In this document: piece by piece, positions 39,023 to 51,421 of the stretch
How positions within the stretch are numbered: position 1 is the first letter of the stretch
Layout of the letters: every line of letters begins with the position of its first letter
Assembly: GCF_013141425.1 (NCBI RefSeq)
Contig: NZ_JABFRA010000008.1
Location: 4,226 to 68,225 of the forward strand
Direction: 5' to 3'
Length of the DNA: 64,000 bases
Source of the DNA: Methylotenera sp.
GTDB lineage: Bacteria; Pseudomonadota; Gammaproteobacteria; Burkholderiales; Methylophilaceae
The notes under the pieces: model-generated
Database searches by the model: none
Seen by the model: the letters and a program-made list of their open reading frames with translations, nothing else
What the model was told of the DNA's origin: nothing
Made by a program: the position numbers and the translations under genes

Positions 39023-40483
39023 ATGTCATCTCACATCTCAAACGTACGCCCTGCGCCAGACCAAGTAATTGTCGATATCGCCAATTATGTGGCTGATTAC
39101 GAAATCAAATCTGATGAAGCATTCGATACAGCGCGTAACTGCTTAATGGATACACTAGGTTGCGGTTTTGAAGCTTTAGATTACCCAGCTTGTACCAAAC
39201 TACTCGGCCCAGTGATTGCCGGCACAGTCGTGCCAAACGGTGCAAAAGTACCAGGCACATCTTATCAATTAGATCCAATCTTAGCCGCCTTCAACATCGG
39301 TGCGATGATTCGTTGGTTAGACTTTAACGACACATGGCTAGCTGCTGAATGGGGCCATCCATCAGATAACTTAGGTGGCATTTTAGCGGTAGCCGATTAC
39401 ATTTCACGTAAAAACGTGGCAGAAGGTAAAGCAGCACTTACGATTAAAGATGTGCTAACAGCCATGATTAAAGCACATGAAATTCAAGGCGTATTAGCGT
39501 TAGAAAACAGCTTTAACCGCGTTGGTTTAGACCATGTTATTTTGGTGAAAATCGCTTCAACAGCGGTTGTAACTAAATTACTTGGCGGTAATAAAGAAGA
39601 TATCATCAATGCCGTTTCTAACGCATTTGTTGATGGTCAAAGCTTGCGTACTTACCGCCACTCACCAAATACAGGCTCACGTAAATCTTGGGCTGCTGGT
39701 GATGCAACCAGCCGCGCAGTGCGTTTGGCTTGGATGACCATGCAAGGTGAAATGGGCTACCCATCAGCATTGACAGCCAAAACATGGGGATTTTACGACG
39801 TGCTATTTAAAGGCAATGCGTTTAAATTCCAACGTAGTTACGGCTCATATGTGATGGAGCAAGTGTTGTTTAAAATCTCTTTCCCAGCTGAATTCCACGC
39901 ACAAACAGCAGTGGAATGCGCAATTCAATTAAATGCACAAATCGGTAGCAAAGTACAAACCATTGAACAAATTGCTGCGATTAATAAAATTGTGATTACA
40001 ACGCACGAATCAGCCATCCGCATTATTGATAAAACTGGCCCACTGGATAACCCTGCTGACCGTGACCACTGCATTCAATACATGTCTGCGATTGGCTTGT
40101 TAAAAGGCAATTTAACTGCGCAGGATTATGAAGATGCAGCTGCGGCTGACCCGCGCATTGATGCAATCCGTGCAAAAATGACTTGTGTAGAAAAAGCACA
40201 ATACACAACGGATTACCATGACCCAGAAAAACGCTCAATTGCTAACGCCATTCAAGTGTTCTTTAATGATGGTTCAACTTCAGAGAATATTGCTGTTGAA
40301 TATCCAATCGGCCACCGTCGCCGTCGTGACCAAGGCATTCCAGAACTTGTTAAAAAATTCCAAGTGAATTTAGCCCGTCGATTTGATGCTAAAAAACAAG
40401 CAGATATTTTGGCACTTTGTTTAGACCAAGCTAAGTTAGAAGCTACGCCTGTGAATGCGTTTGTGGATATGTTGGTAGCTTAA
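39023..40483 (+). CDS. prpD: 2-methylcitrate dehydratase
   Basis: 486-aa ORF of the MmgE/PrpD family ([33 protein letters not shown]). Confidence 0.9.
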   Translation: MSSHISNVRPAPDQVIVDIANYVADYEIKSDEAFDTARNCLMDTLGCGFEALDYPACTKLLGPVIAGTVVPNGAKVPGTSYQLDPILAAFNIGAMIRWLDFNDTWLAAEWGHPSDNLGGILAVADYISRKNVAEGKAALTIKDVLTAMIKAHEIQGVLALENSFNRVGLDHVILVKIASTAVVTKLLGGNKEDIINAVSNAFVDGQSLRTYRHSPNTGSRKSWAAGDATSRAVRLAWMTMQGEMGYPSALTAKTWGFYDVLFKGNAFKFQRSYGSYVMEQVLFKISFPAEFHAQTAVECAIQLNAQIGSKVQTIEQIAAINKIVITTHESAIRIIDKTGPLDNPADRDHCIQYMSAIGLLKGNLTAQDYEDAAAADPRIDAIRAKMTCVEKAQYTTDYHDPEKRSIANAIQVFFNDGSTSENIAVEYPIGHRRRRDQGIPELVKKFQVNLARRFDAKKQADILALCLDQAKLEATPVNAFVDMLVA

Positions 40484-40506
40484 TTAGCCTCAAGCAACAA
40501 AATAAC

Positions 40507-40550
40507 GATGCCCTACAAGCCAATATCCACGGGCCCTGCAGGGCATCTTT
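40507..40550 (+). terminator. Candidate terminator hairpin after prpD
   Basis: gatgccct (40507-40514) pairs with agggcatc (40540-40547). An internal palindrome gccctgcagggc is present, and ttt follows. The T-run is weak. Confidence 0.35.
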
Positions 40551-40670
40551 AGGTACACACTTTGCGTAATCGCAAGCCTGTTAGCATATAGCCTATAAGC
40601 ATTACTGGCTAACTATATTTAAACACGAGATTAAACCCGTATTGGATACTGGCTACGCTGGCCGACAATA

Positions 40671-41018
40671 TCAGCAGGGCAATCCACGAAGATGTAGAAG
40701 AATGCACCTGAATGAAGTAGGGGCAGGTCGTGGCACAACTGTACTTGGTGTTGTAACTGCACGCGGAGTGGTAGTTGACCTCGGTATACTATTCACGATT
40801 GGGTTCGGATTAACAACTACCGGAGGTAGTGGAGGTGGAGGCTCTGGAACAAATGGTTGTGGTGTATGGCAAACATAACATGGTGCAGATGTGGGCGGAT
40901 GTCCGGAAGGCTGCGAATCACAAGCGCCACAAGTGAGTTCAACGGCTCCCGCAAATGGCGAAATAAAAAATAATGCTACGAATACTATGCTGCAAAAGAG
41001 TTTTTTTATATCAATCAT
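40671..41018 (-). CDS. Hypothetical small secreted Cys/Pro-rich protein (contains CGAC and a CXXCH motif)
   Basis: 115-aa ORF with a convincing signal peptide (FVALFFISPFAGA/VE), followed by CGAC...CYVCH and a PEPPPPLPP tract. The Shine-Dalgarno sequence is weak and a mirror ORF lies on the plus strand, so this call has low confidence. Confidence 0.35.
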   Translation of the reverse strand: MIDIKKLFCSIVFVALFFISPFAGAVELTCGACDSQPSGHPPTSAPCYVCHTPQPFVPEPPPPLPPVVVNPNPIVNSIPRSTTTPRAVTTPSTVVPRPAPTSFRCILLHLRGLPC

Positions 41019-41265
41019 CCAATTTAAATTACAAGTTCAAATATTTTAACATAGCAAATTTCAAGATTTTTTTTATTTTGTGAAGCGTGTGGCCAGTTTC
41101 TAACTCTGGGTTAATATTAAAACGCTACACGGAACTTCCCCTAAATTATTAAGGGCTACAAGCTAGTGTCACAGCAATTCGTTTTTTTAATAGTGTAAAC
41201 TAGGTCTGCTCGGGAAATCATCTCAAATAAAACCTTTTTGCACATCGACGACTAAGGTAAAATGA

Positions 41266-42672
<1,407 letters not shown>

Positions 42673-42748
42673 GGCCATGGTTGCTGTTTAAGCAAATCGC
42701 AAGTCAGCCAAACCGCAAGTCAGGCAAACAATCGAAGGTAGCCGAAAC

Positions 42749-44500
42749 TTGAAAAAACTCCTTTTAATTTTTTTATTCATACTCCTTTGGATTCTGCCCG
42801 CTCAGGCAGAATCTGGGCGTTACCAAGTTGAAATTTCAGCGCCAACAGAGTTAGACGAATTACTGAAAAATCATTTAGATATGATGAAATGGCGGGACAA
42901 TCCGCGCATAAACGCCGCCGAATGGCAACGACTTTTCACCATTGCCCCGCAAAACATCAAAGACCTACTCACGACAGTAGGCTATTTTTCACCTAAGATT
43001 AGCCCTAGTCTTGAAAATAAAAATGGTGTGTCTATTGCAAAATTTACAGTTGACCCTGGTCAGCCCGTGCTCATCAAATCCGTAGACATCACATTTTCTG
43101 GCGATATTACCGAACAGTTAGTAGACATTAAACCCAGCATGCAACGACTGCGCGAAACCTGGCTATTGAAACCTGGCGCGCAATTTCACCAAGGCAATTG
43201 GGATTTGGCTAAACGAAGATTATTAACTGATTTATTAGTAGAACGCTACCCAAATGCCAACATTACAAATAGCAAGGCGGAGGTAAACCTTGAAACTCAC
43301 AGCGTGGCGCTGATGATTGAAGTGCATAGTGGCGCGGCCATTAAATTTGGCAATACCACCATTGAGGGCTTAAAACGTTACCCCGCACGTGTAGTAGAAA
43401 ATCTAAATCCGATTAAGCCAAACAGCATTTACAACCAATCGGACTTGCTGACGTTTCAAACTCGTCTGCAAGAAAGCGGTTATTTTCAAAGCATAGAAAT
43501 TACCGCAGATACGCAAAATATCGAAGGCCATAATACGGAAGCTAATGTCGCGCCTGTTCGTGTCAAAGTCGTGGAAAATCGCAGCGTAAAAATGGGTATA
43601 GGTGCTGGCTACAGCACAAATACTGGCGCACGCACCCAATTAACCTACGACGATTTAAACATTCTAAACCGCGGTTGGCGGCTCGCAAGTAGCTTAAAAG
43701 TTGAGCAAAAAGCGCAATCCATCGGCGGACAGATTCAATTGCCTGTTACGGGCAAAGGCTATCGCGACAGCATGAACGCCAGCCTGAACCGCAGCGCAAT
43801 TGAAGGGCAAACACTCTCCACAACACAGACTGGGATTAAGCGCGCTTGGGGGCCACGTAAGCGTGAGCAGTATGTTGGCGCAAATTACCTGATAGAACAA
43901 CAAGATGTGGATGGTGGCGAAACCACAACTAAACATGTCGGTACTTTATCTTATGGCATTACACTGCGCCGCACAGATAACGAGCTTTCACCAACGCGTG
44001 GCTACTTATTCAATGCACAATTTTCTGCCGCGCCACTGGATTCACTTTCTAATGGCACATTTTTGCAAAGCTATTTTAAAACGCAGGTCTATTACCCAAT
44101 ATCGCGAAGTACGCAATTAATCGCACGCGCCGAATTAGGTATGGTCAACGGTAAAAATAGTGCGCCTGAGGCTTTTCTTTTTCGCGCGGGCGGCGACCAA
44201 TCGGTACGTGGCTATGCCTATCAAAGCTTAGGCGTCATAGAAAACGATGCCATTGTAGGTGGTCGCTATCTCGCCACGGGTAGCGTTGAAGTCGTGCAAT
44301 GGCTTACCAACCAGTGGGGTGCGGCGGTGTTTATTGACATGGGCAACGCAGCGAATCGCGTACAAGATTTAGATCCCGTTTACGGCTACGGCTTGGGCGC
44401 ACGCTGGAAAAGCCCAATTGGCCCAATTGGTGCAGATATTGCCTACGGTGAAGATACGGGCAAATATCGTCTGCATTTTAATATCGGGGTCGCATTTTAA
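42749..44500 (+). CDS. tamA: Outer-membrane translocation and assembly module protein TamA (Omp85/BamA family)
   Basis: 583-aa ORF with a TTG start, a signal peptide, POTRA-like repeats and a C-terminal beta-barrel ending in F. It is followed by tamB with a 1-nt overlap. Confidence 0.85.
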   Translation: MKKLLLIFLFILLWILPAQAESGRYQVEISAPTELDELLKNHLDMMKWRDNPRINAAEWQRLFTIAPQNIKDLLTTVGYFSPKISPSLENKNGVSIAKFTVDPGQPVLIKSVDITFSGDITEQLVDIKPSMQRLRETWLLKPGAQFHQGNWDLAKRRLLTDLLVERYPNANITNSKAEVNLETHSVALMIEVHSGAAIKFGNTTIEGLKRYPARVVENLNPIKPNSIYNQSDLLTFQTRLQESGYFQSIEITADTQNIEGHNTEANVAPVRVKVVENRSVKMGIGAGYSTNTGARTQLTYDDLNILNRGWRLASSLKVEQKAQSIGGQIQLPVTGKGYRDSMNASLNRSAIEGQTLSTTQTGIKRAWGPRKREQYVGANYLIEQQDVDGGETTTKHVGTLSYGITLRRTDNELSPTRGYLFNAQFSAAPLDSLSNGTFLQSYFKTQVYYPISRSTQLIARAELGMVNGKNSAPEAFLFRAGGDQSVRGYAYQSLGVIENDAIVGGRYLATGSVEVVQWLTNQWGAAVFIDMGNAANRVQDLDPVYGYGLGARWKSPIGPIGADIAYGEDTGKYRLHFNIGVAF

Positions 44501-47500
44501 TGTTGCATCGCAATTTTATTTTCCGTTATTTTATTTACAGTCTTTTTGGCTTGCTAATGATTGCATTTACGCCAGCGCGGGGTGAAATGTCAATTAGCTC
44601 CAGCACCAGCCTCGACACATTCAATTACGATCTAGACAACCTCCACCTTAAATTAGAAAAATTAGACGCCCACTGGCAGTTTTCGCCATTTGGCGAAGGG
44701 CAGCTAACTGTTGAAAAAATGCACGCAAAACGCCTCATCATTACGATTGGCGATGGCACAGCTAGATCAAGCGAAACCGGCTTACCTGAACGCATCAAAC
44801 CACCCTTCCCTATCAAGCTTCAACAAGCTGAAGTCGCTGAAGTCTTGATTATTAAAAATGGCGAAACCCAAATTTACAGCCACGTTAAATTTGACCTTGA
44901 TGCTAATGCGAAAACCATCAAACTTAATTCCTTAAGTGCCGATACGCCTTGGGGTAAAGCCGCGGCTACACTTCAAATGGGCGCGTCAAAGCCTTTCCCA
45001 CTATCTGGTACTATCAGCGTAAAAAAGGCCGAAACCAGCACGCTTAAAAACGCTGCCCCTACGCTCAACTACGATGTAAAATTCGAACTTACAGGCGATT
45101 TACAAACCTTAAACTTTGCCAGCACTTCCCTACTAACAAAGCAAAATGGGCAATTTGCGATAAACCAATCGCAGCAAGCCAATGTAATATCTGCCGCCCA
45201 AATTAAACTAACTGGCCAGATTGGCTTAACAGGCGATTATCCGCTGTCAGCAACTATCGCAATAAATGAATTGAAACCAGAACGCCTGTTTAACCCTAGT
45301 CAGCAGCAGAACTTTCCTGCTTCAAAACTGAATTTCAATCTGACATTACAAGGCAAACTTTTACCCAAGTTAGAATCAACACTACAATTTTCCGCGCAAG
45401 ACAGTCAGTGGCAAGACCAAGCTTTGATTAGTAATGGCAAGATTTTTATTGAAGATAATCAAATCCGTCATATCGACTTTCAAGCAAATGTTGCCAATAA
45501 CATCATTAAGGCGAATGGTAGCCTAGGTCAAGCTAACAGCAAACTTAATTGGCAAGCCGATTTAGCAGACCTAAGTAAATTGGGTGCAGGTTATTCTGGT
45601 AAAGCCAATGCAAACGGCACAGTCATCGGGGCTTTAGATAATTTAGCACTGCAATTTAATATCATTGCAGAAAAATTAAATCTGCCTGGCGGCTTCAATA
45701 CTGAAAAACTGGAAGGTCAGGCAACCATTAATGCTGGCGCAAACGGTAAGCTAGACGGCGCATTCAAGGCTAATAATTTGCAGTATGGTAAATATACGCT
45801 AAACAATGGCAGCCTCATGCTAACGGGGACTCAAGCAAAGCATCAACTCAGCATTACAGCACAAGACAAGGCCTTTAAATTTAATAGCACTTTTGCAGGT
45901 GGCTTAGAACCAGACACGAACCGCTGGCAGGGCTTGTTACAAAGCCTGAACTTGGAGGGTGCTAATCCTATTAAACTAAGTGCACCCGCACCATTCGTTG
46001 TGGATAGCAATGGTGTGGCAATAGAAAAGCTTAAACTGCAACTGGCAAATGGTCAGCTAATCATCGATATTTTAAAACTTGGTACGGATGGGTTTTCAAG
46101 CATGGGGAGCGCAACCCAAATCGCACTGGAAGATTTACCGCAAACACTTTTTACTTTGCCCACAACCCTGCAAGGTAATCCAGTGTTTTCAGGCAAATGG
46201 GATTTGAAAGCGACGGATAGCGTAAACGGTAATTTTAGCTTATGGCGAGAAGCTGGCGATTTCACTTTGACAACGGCAGACGGAAAAAAACAGACATTGG
46301 GATTAGAAGAAATTAGCCTGTCAGCCGATTTTCTAAACAATGCTGCCACGGCACAAGTAAAGTTGACTGGTAAAAATATAGGTAGTTTAGAAGCCCAATT
46401 TAGCACCGCGCTCACCAAGATTGACTCAAGCTTCGCATTAATCACCAATGCGCCTTTGATGCTGAAAGGAAAGGCTCAATTGCATTCGCTTGCCTGGTTG
46501 CCACTTCCACCTCCACTTATGGAGGCTAGTTTTGATGGCGCAATCGACGTGTCTGTGGCTGCCAACGGTACGGTAGGCGAGCCGAATTTAAGTGGCTATG
46601 TAAACGGTAAAAATCTGCAGCTCAATCTGCCAACGGAGGGTGTAGATTTCAAAAATGGTCGGCTGGAAGCATCCTTTGAAAACAAACAACTGCTAATTAA
46701 AAAAGCCAGCTGGCAGGGTGGTGATGGCACCATCAATATAACAGGCTCAGTCTTGTTCGATAAAAGCAAACCAACGATTGATCTAGATTGGGTGGCGGAT
46801 AAATTCACAGCCATTTCGCGTGCAGACCGACTACTTACTTTAAACGGTACAGGTAAAACCAGCTTGCTGAATGACATGCTGACGATTTCTGGCAATTTCA
46901 GCATTGACAAAGGGCTTGTTGAATTAGCTGATGAGGATACACCAGCACTTGGTGACGATGTGGTGGTGCTAGGACAAACTGAAATCGCACCAGAATCTGC
47001 CCTGAGAATTCTACTGAACGGCCTACGCATCGACCTAGGAAAAGACTTTACATTGCGCGGTCGTGGATTAGATGCAGAACTCACGGGAGCACTGACATTT
47101 ACTGGTTTGACTCAATACAGGCCGCATACAGAAGGCGTTATTCAAGTGAAAAAAGGCACCTATATGGCTTACGGCCAAGTGCTTGCAATTGAGCGCGGCA
47201 TCATCAACTTTAACGGCACAGTCGATAACCCTGGTCTGAATATTCGCGCAATGCGAAACAGCAAACCAATCAATGCGGGTATAGAAATTACTGGCACGGC
47301 ATTCATCCCCATTACCAAGCTCGTTTCTGACCCAAGCGTGGCCGATAGCGAGAAATTGTCATGGCTCGTGCTCGGGCACGGCATGGACCAAACCACGAAG
47401 AATGATTACGGACTATTATCGCTCGCGGCTGGCGTCTTGCTGTCACAAGGACAATCGGTTCCATTACAAACCCAACTGGCCCGCGCAGCTGGATTGGATG

Positions 47501-47712
47501 AATTTAGCTTTGCGGGAGGTGATGCCACCAGTGCCTCGGTGGTTTTCGGCAAACGGCTTACCTCGAACCTCTATCTGAGCTACCAAAAAAGCATCAGCGG
47601 GCTTTTAGATGTAGCACGGCTTACCTTTAACATTACATCACGCTGGTCGCTACGGGCAGAAGCCGGCACCGAAAGTGCGGTCGATGTGTTGTATACTTTT
47701 AGTTTCAAATAA
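44500..47712 (+). CDS. tamB: Translocation and assembly module protein TamB (DUF490)
   Basis: 1070-aa ORF with an N-terminal anchor helix and a long beta-rich repetitive body. The C-terminal DUF490 block reads LSYQKSISGLLDVARLTFNITSRWSLRAEAGTESAVDVLYTFSFK. Confidence 0.8.
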   Translation: MLHRNFIFRYFIYSLFGLLMIAFTPARGEMSISSSTSLDTFNYDLDNLHLKLEKLDAHWQFSPFGEGQLTVEKMHAKRLIITIGDGTARSSETGLPERIKPPFPIKLQQAEVAEVLIIKNGETQIYSHVKFDLDANAKTIKLNSLSADTPWGKAAATLQMGASKPFPLSGTISVKKAETSTLKNAAPTLNYDVKFELTGDLQTLNFASTSLLTKQNGQFAINQSQQANVISAAQIKLTGQIGLTGDYPLSATIAINELKPERLFNPSQQQNFPASKLNFNLTLQGKLLPKLESTLQFSAQDSQWQDQALISNGKIFIEDNQIRHIDFQANVANNIIKANGSLGQANSKLNWQADLADLSKLGAGYSGKANANGTVIGALDNLALQFNIIAEKLNLPGGFNTEKLEGQATINAGANGKLDGAFKANNLQYGKYTLNNGSLMLTGTQAKHQLSITAQDKAFKFNSTFAGGLEPDTNRWQGLLQSLNLEGANPIKLSAPAPFVVDSNGVAIEKLKLQLANGQLIIDILKLGTDGFSSMGSATQIALEDLPQTLFTLPTTLQGNPVFSGKWDLKATDSVNGNFSLWREAGDFTLTTADGKKQTLGLEEISLSADFLNNAATAQVKLTGKNIGSLEAQFSTALTKIDSSFALITNAPLMLKGKAQLHSLAWLPLPPPLMEASFDGAIDVSVAANGTVGEPNLSGYVNGKNLQLNLPTEGVDFKNGRLEASFENKQLLIKKASWQGGDGTINITGSVLFDKSKPTIDLDWVADKFTAISRADRLLTLNGTGKTSLLNDMLTISGNFSIDKGLVELADEDTPALGDDVVVLGQTEIAPESALRILLNGLRIDLGKDFTLRGRGLDAELTGALTFTGLTQYRPHTEGVIQVKKGTYMAYGQVLAIERGIINFNGTVDNPGLNIRAMRNSKPINAGIEITGTAFIPITKLVSDPSVADSEKLSWLVLGHGMDQTTKNDYGLLSLAAGVLLSQGQSVPLQTQLARAAGLDEFSFAGGDATSASVVFGKRLTSNLYLSYQKSISGLLDVARLTFNITSRWSLRAEAGTESAVDVLYTFSFK

Positions 47713-47732
47713 GCAGGCTAAAAAAAACAAAA

Positions 47733-48937
<1,205 letters not shown>

Positions 48938-48958
48938 TCATATGAAAGTACTAATAAA

Positions 48959-49681
48959 GTGAGTTTAGCCAAAGAGGCACTACAGTTTTTACGCACCACA
49001 CAAAGTGGCGTTCTTTCTACTTTTTCTGCAAAGTTTGCAGGCTATCCGTTTGGCTCGGTTGCGCCCTTTGTGTTAGACCATAGCGGGCAACCTGTTATCT
49101 TAATCAGCACGATTGCTGAGCATACACAAAACATCATCGCCAACCCTAAAGTATCGTTGCTAGTATTTGCAGGCGATGAAGATTTGCAGGCAAATGCACG
49201 CCTCACACTGATTGGTGAAGCAAAGCAAATCAATAAAGAGGATGCCGATTTACGTGCTCGCTACTTACGTTATTTACCACAAGCGGCGGCTTACTTTGAT
49301 ATGCATGATTTTAGTTTTTACCGTATTGAGATTACTCAAGTGCGTTATATCGCCGGCTTTGGCAAAATGGGTTGGATTGCGGGACATAGCATGCCTGCGG
49401 CTAACCTTGCAGAAAATGCTCAGCTTGCAGCTCAAGAAACTTCGATTATTGAACATATGAATGCCGACCATGTGCATAGTCTAACTGCATACAGCAAACA
49501 CTTTCACAATGTCAGTGCGACGCATGCTGAAATGTTAGGGATAGATGCCGATGGTTTTGATGCAAAAGTGAATATTGATGATGGAAAAACGCAAATTTTG
49601 AGATTCAACTTTGAGCAGCCAATTCATGATGCACACTCTGCCAGAATGGCATTGGTTGCAATGTCAAAAGCGGCTAAGTGA
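48959..49681 (+). CDS. Pyridoxamine-5'-phosphate-oxidase-like split-barrel protein with a C-terminal DUF2470 (HugZ/HutZ-like)
   Basis: 240-aa ORF with a GTG start. It contains GVLSTFSAKFAGYPFGSVAPFVLD, and the C-terminal HMNADHVHSL block is typical of DUF2470. Confidence 0.7.
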   Translation: MSLAKEALQFLRTTQSGVLSTFSAKFAGYPFGSVAPFVLDHSGQPVILISTIAEHTQNIIANPKVSLLVFAGDEDLQANARLTLIGEAKQINKEDADLRARYLRYLPQAAAYFDMHDFSFYRIEITQVRYIAGFGKMGWIAGHSMPAANLAENAQLAAQETSIIEHMNADHVHSLTAYSKHFHNVSATHAEMLGIDADGFDAKVNIDDGKTQILRFNFEQPIHDAHSARMALVAMSKAAK

Positions 49682-50034
49682 TGCTACAAAAACCTAGTAT
49701 TCAACAATTACAACTGGGCGCCAGCGTGAGCTTAGTTGCGCTTATCCTACTCTGTTTAGCATGGGAAACTGTACTAGCACCATTTAAACCGACTGGCTCC
49801 TTACTCATGCTAAAAACATTACCATTATTATTGCCCTTATTTGGCATTCTAAACGGCAAGCGCTACACCTACAAATGGGCAAGTATGTTTATTTTGTTAT
49901 ATTTTACTGAGGGCGTTGTGCGCGCATGGTCTGATGTTGGTCTTTCAGCCAAACTCGCCTTGGCTGAAGTTGTACTCACGCTGATATTTTTTGGATGTGC
50001 TATTTATTTTGCAAAGTTTACCCGCGCAAAATAA
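49678..50034 (+). CDS. DUF2069 family membrane protein
   Basis: 118-aa ORF with four TM helices and GKRYTYKWASMFILLYFTEG. It overlaps the upstream gene by 4 nt. Confidence 0.65.
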   Translation: MMLQKPSIQQLQLGASVSLVALILLCLAWETVLAPFKPTGSLLMLKTLPLLLPLFGILNGKRYTYKWASMFILLYFTEGVVRAWSDVGLSAKLALAEVVLTLIFFGCAIYFAKFTRAK

Positions 50035-50039
50035 TTCTC

Positions 50040-51407
50040 TTAGGGAAACAACTTACCTGGATTCAGAATGTTATTCGGGTCAAACGTTAATTTAACGGCT
50101 TTCATTAAATTGATGGTTGTTTCATCAATCTCACGTGAGATAAATGGTCGTTTTGCCATGCCTACACCGTGTTCGCCAGACAGTGTGCCTTGCAGTGAAA
50201 GCACCAAGCTGAACACTTCATCCAAGCATTCATAAGCACGTTTCATTTCATCGGCATTGTCTGGATTAACCAATAAATTCACGTGAATATTACCATTGCC
50301 TGCATGGCCAAAATTGACATTAGAAATTTTGTATTGCGCGGCTAGCTTCTCTAAGCCCGTTAATAACTTAGGTAGATGCGACACAGGTACAGCAATATCT
50401 TCATTGATTTTCTTAGGTGCAATATCTTTAAGTAAAGGCGACAAGGCCTTGCGCGCCGCCCATAAAGCTTTAGTATCTTCCGCTGGCTTTGCCTCGATTA
50501 AGCCATCTACTTGACAGGCATGCAAAATAGCTTGCGTGGCTTCAATAATCTCTTGCTGTGCGCCATCCACTTCAATCATCAAATACGCTTTGGCATTTTC
50601 AGGTAACAGATTTTTATGGCGTCCACGAATTAGATTCAAGGCGCCGTTATCTAAAAATTCCAAAGCGCTTGGCGTGTAAGGCTGCGCCATAATCGCCGCT
50701 ATAGCCTTTGCACAGCTATAGGTATCAATAAATTCTGCAGTAATACCGCCTGTATGTTTTGGCAAAGGTGTAAGCTTAAGCGTCGCTTCCACAATCACAG
50801 CCAAGGTACCTTCAGAGCCAACCAATAATCGAGTTAAATCGTAGCCAACCACGCCCTTACTGGTGTAACAGCCTGTTTTAATAATGTCGCCATTACCAGT
50901 AACCGCCTTTAAGCCAAGCACATGGTCACGTGCAACGCCATATTTCACCGCATGCGGCCCTGCGGCACAAGTCGCTAGATTGCCGCCAATACTACAATAG
51001 GCCGCACTTGATGGGTCAGGTGGCCAAAAGAAACCAACGCCTTTAATTGCATCTTGAAGCTCTTGATTTAACACGCCTGGCTCAATAATCGCCATGCGAT
51101 TATCAGGGTCAACGCTAATGATTTTATTCATGCGCTCTAGCGACAACGCCACACCACCGGCTTCAGGCACACTGCCGCCTGCCGTACCAGTGCCGCGCCC
51201 ACGCGGAACCACTGGTACTTTATGCGCGTTGCAAAGCTTAATGACCGCTTGCACTTCTTCGACATTCAGCGGAAAAACCACAGCAATAGGCGCATGAAAA
51301 ATACGCGAATTATCGTAGGCATAAGCATAGCAATCGACAGGGTCTGTATAGACCCTGTCGGGTGGTAAAACAGTTAAAATAGAATTCAAAAAATCCGTAT
51401 TATCCAT
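50040..51407 (-). CDS. FAD-linked oxidase (GlcD / D-lactate or D-2-hydroxyacid dehydrogenase family)
   Basis: 455-aa ORF with the FAD-binding PCMH block VVPRGRGTGTAGGSVP and the C-terminal GTLSGEHGVGMAKR. Confidence 0.85.
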   Translation of the reverse strand: MDNTDFLNSILTVLPPDRVYTDPVDCYAYAYDNSRIFHAPIAVVFPLNVEEVQAVIKLCNAHKVPVVPRGRGTGTAGGSVPEAGGVALSLERMNKIISVDPDNRMAIIEPGVLNQELQDAIKGVGFFWPPDPSSAAYCSIGGNLATCAAGPHAVKYGVARDHVLGLKAVTGNGDIIKTGCYTSKGVVGYDLTRLLVGSEGTLAVIVEATLKLTPLPKHTGGITAEFIDTYSCAKAIAAIMAQPYTPSALEFLDNGALNLIRGRHKNLLPENAKAYLMIEVDGAQQEIIEATQAILHACQVDGLIEAKPAEDTKALWAARKALSPLLKDIAPKKINEDIAVPVSHLPKLLTGLEKLAAQYKISNVNFGHAGNGNIHVNLLVNPDNADEMKRAYECLDEVFSLVLSLQGTLSGEHGVGMAKRPFISREIDETTINLMKAVKLTFDPNNILNPGKLFP

Positions 51408-51421
51408 GGCTTCATTACTCT

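Noticed and set aside
40642-40878. 78-aa Gly-rich ORF on the plus strand (GGSGGGGSGTNG).
   Set aside because: It is the mirror image of the Pro-rich minus-strand ORF. It lacks a signal peptide or a plausible start context, and the minus-strand frame is the more credible of the two.
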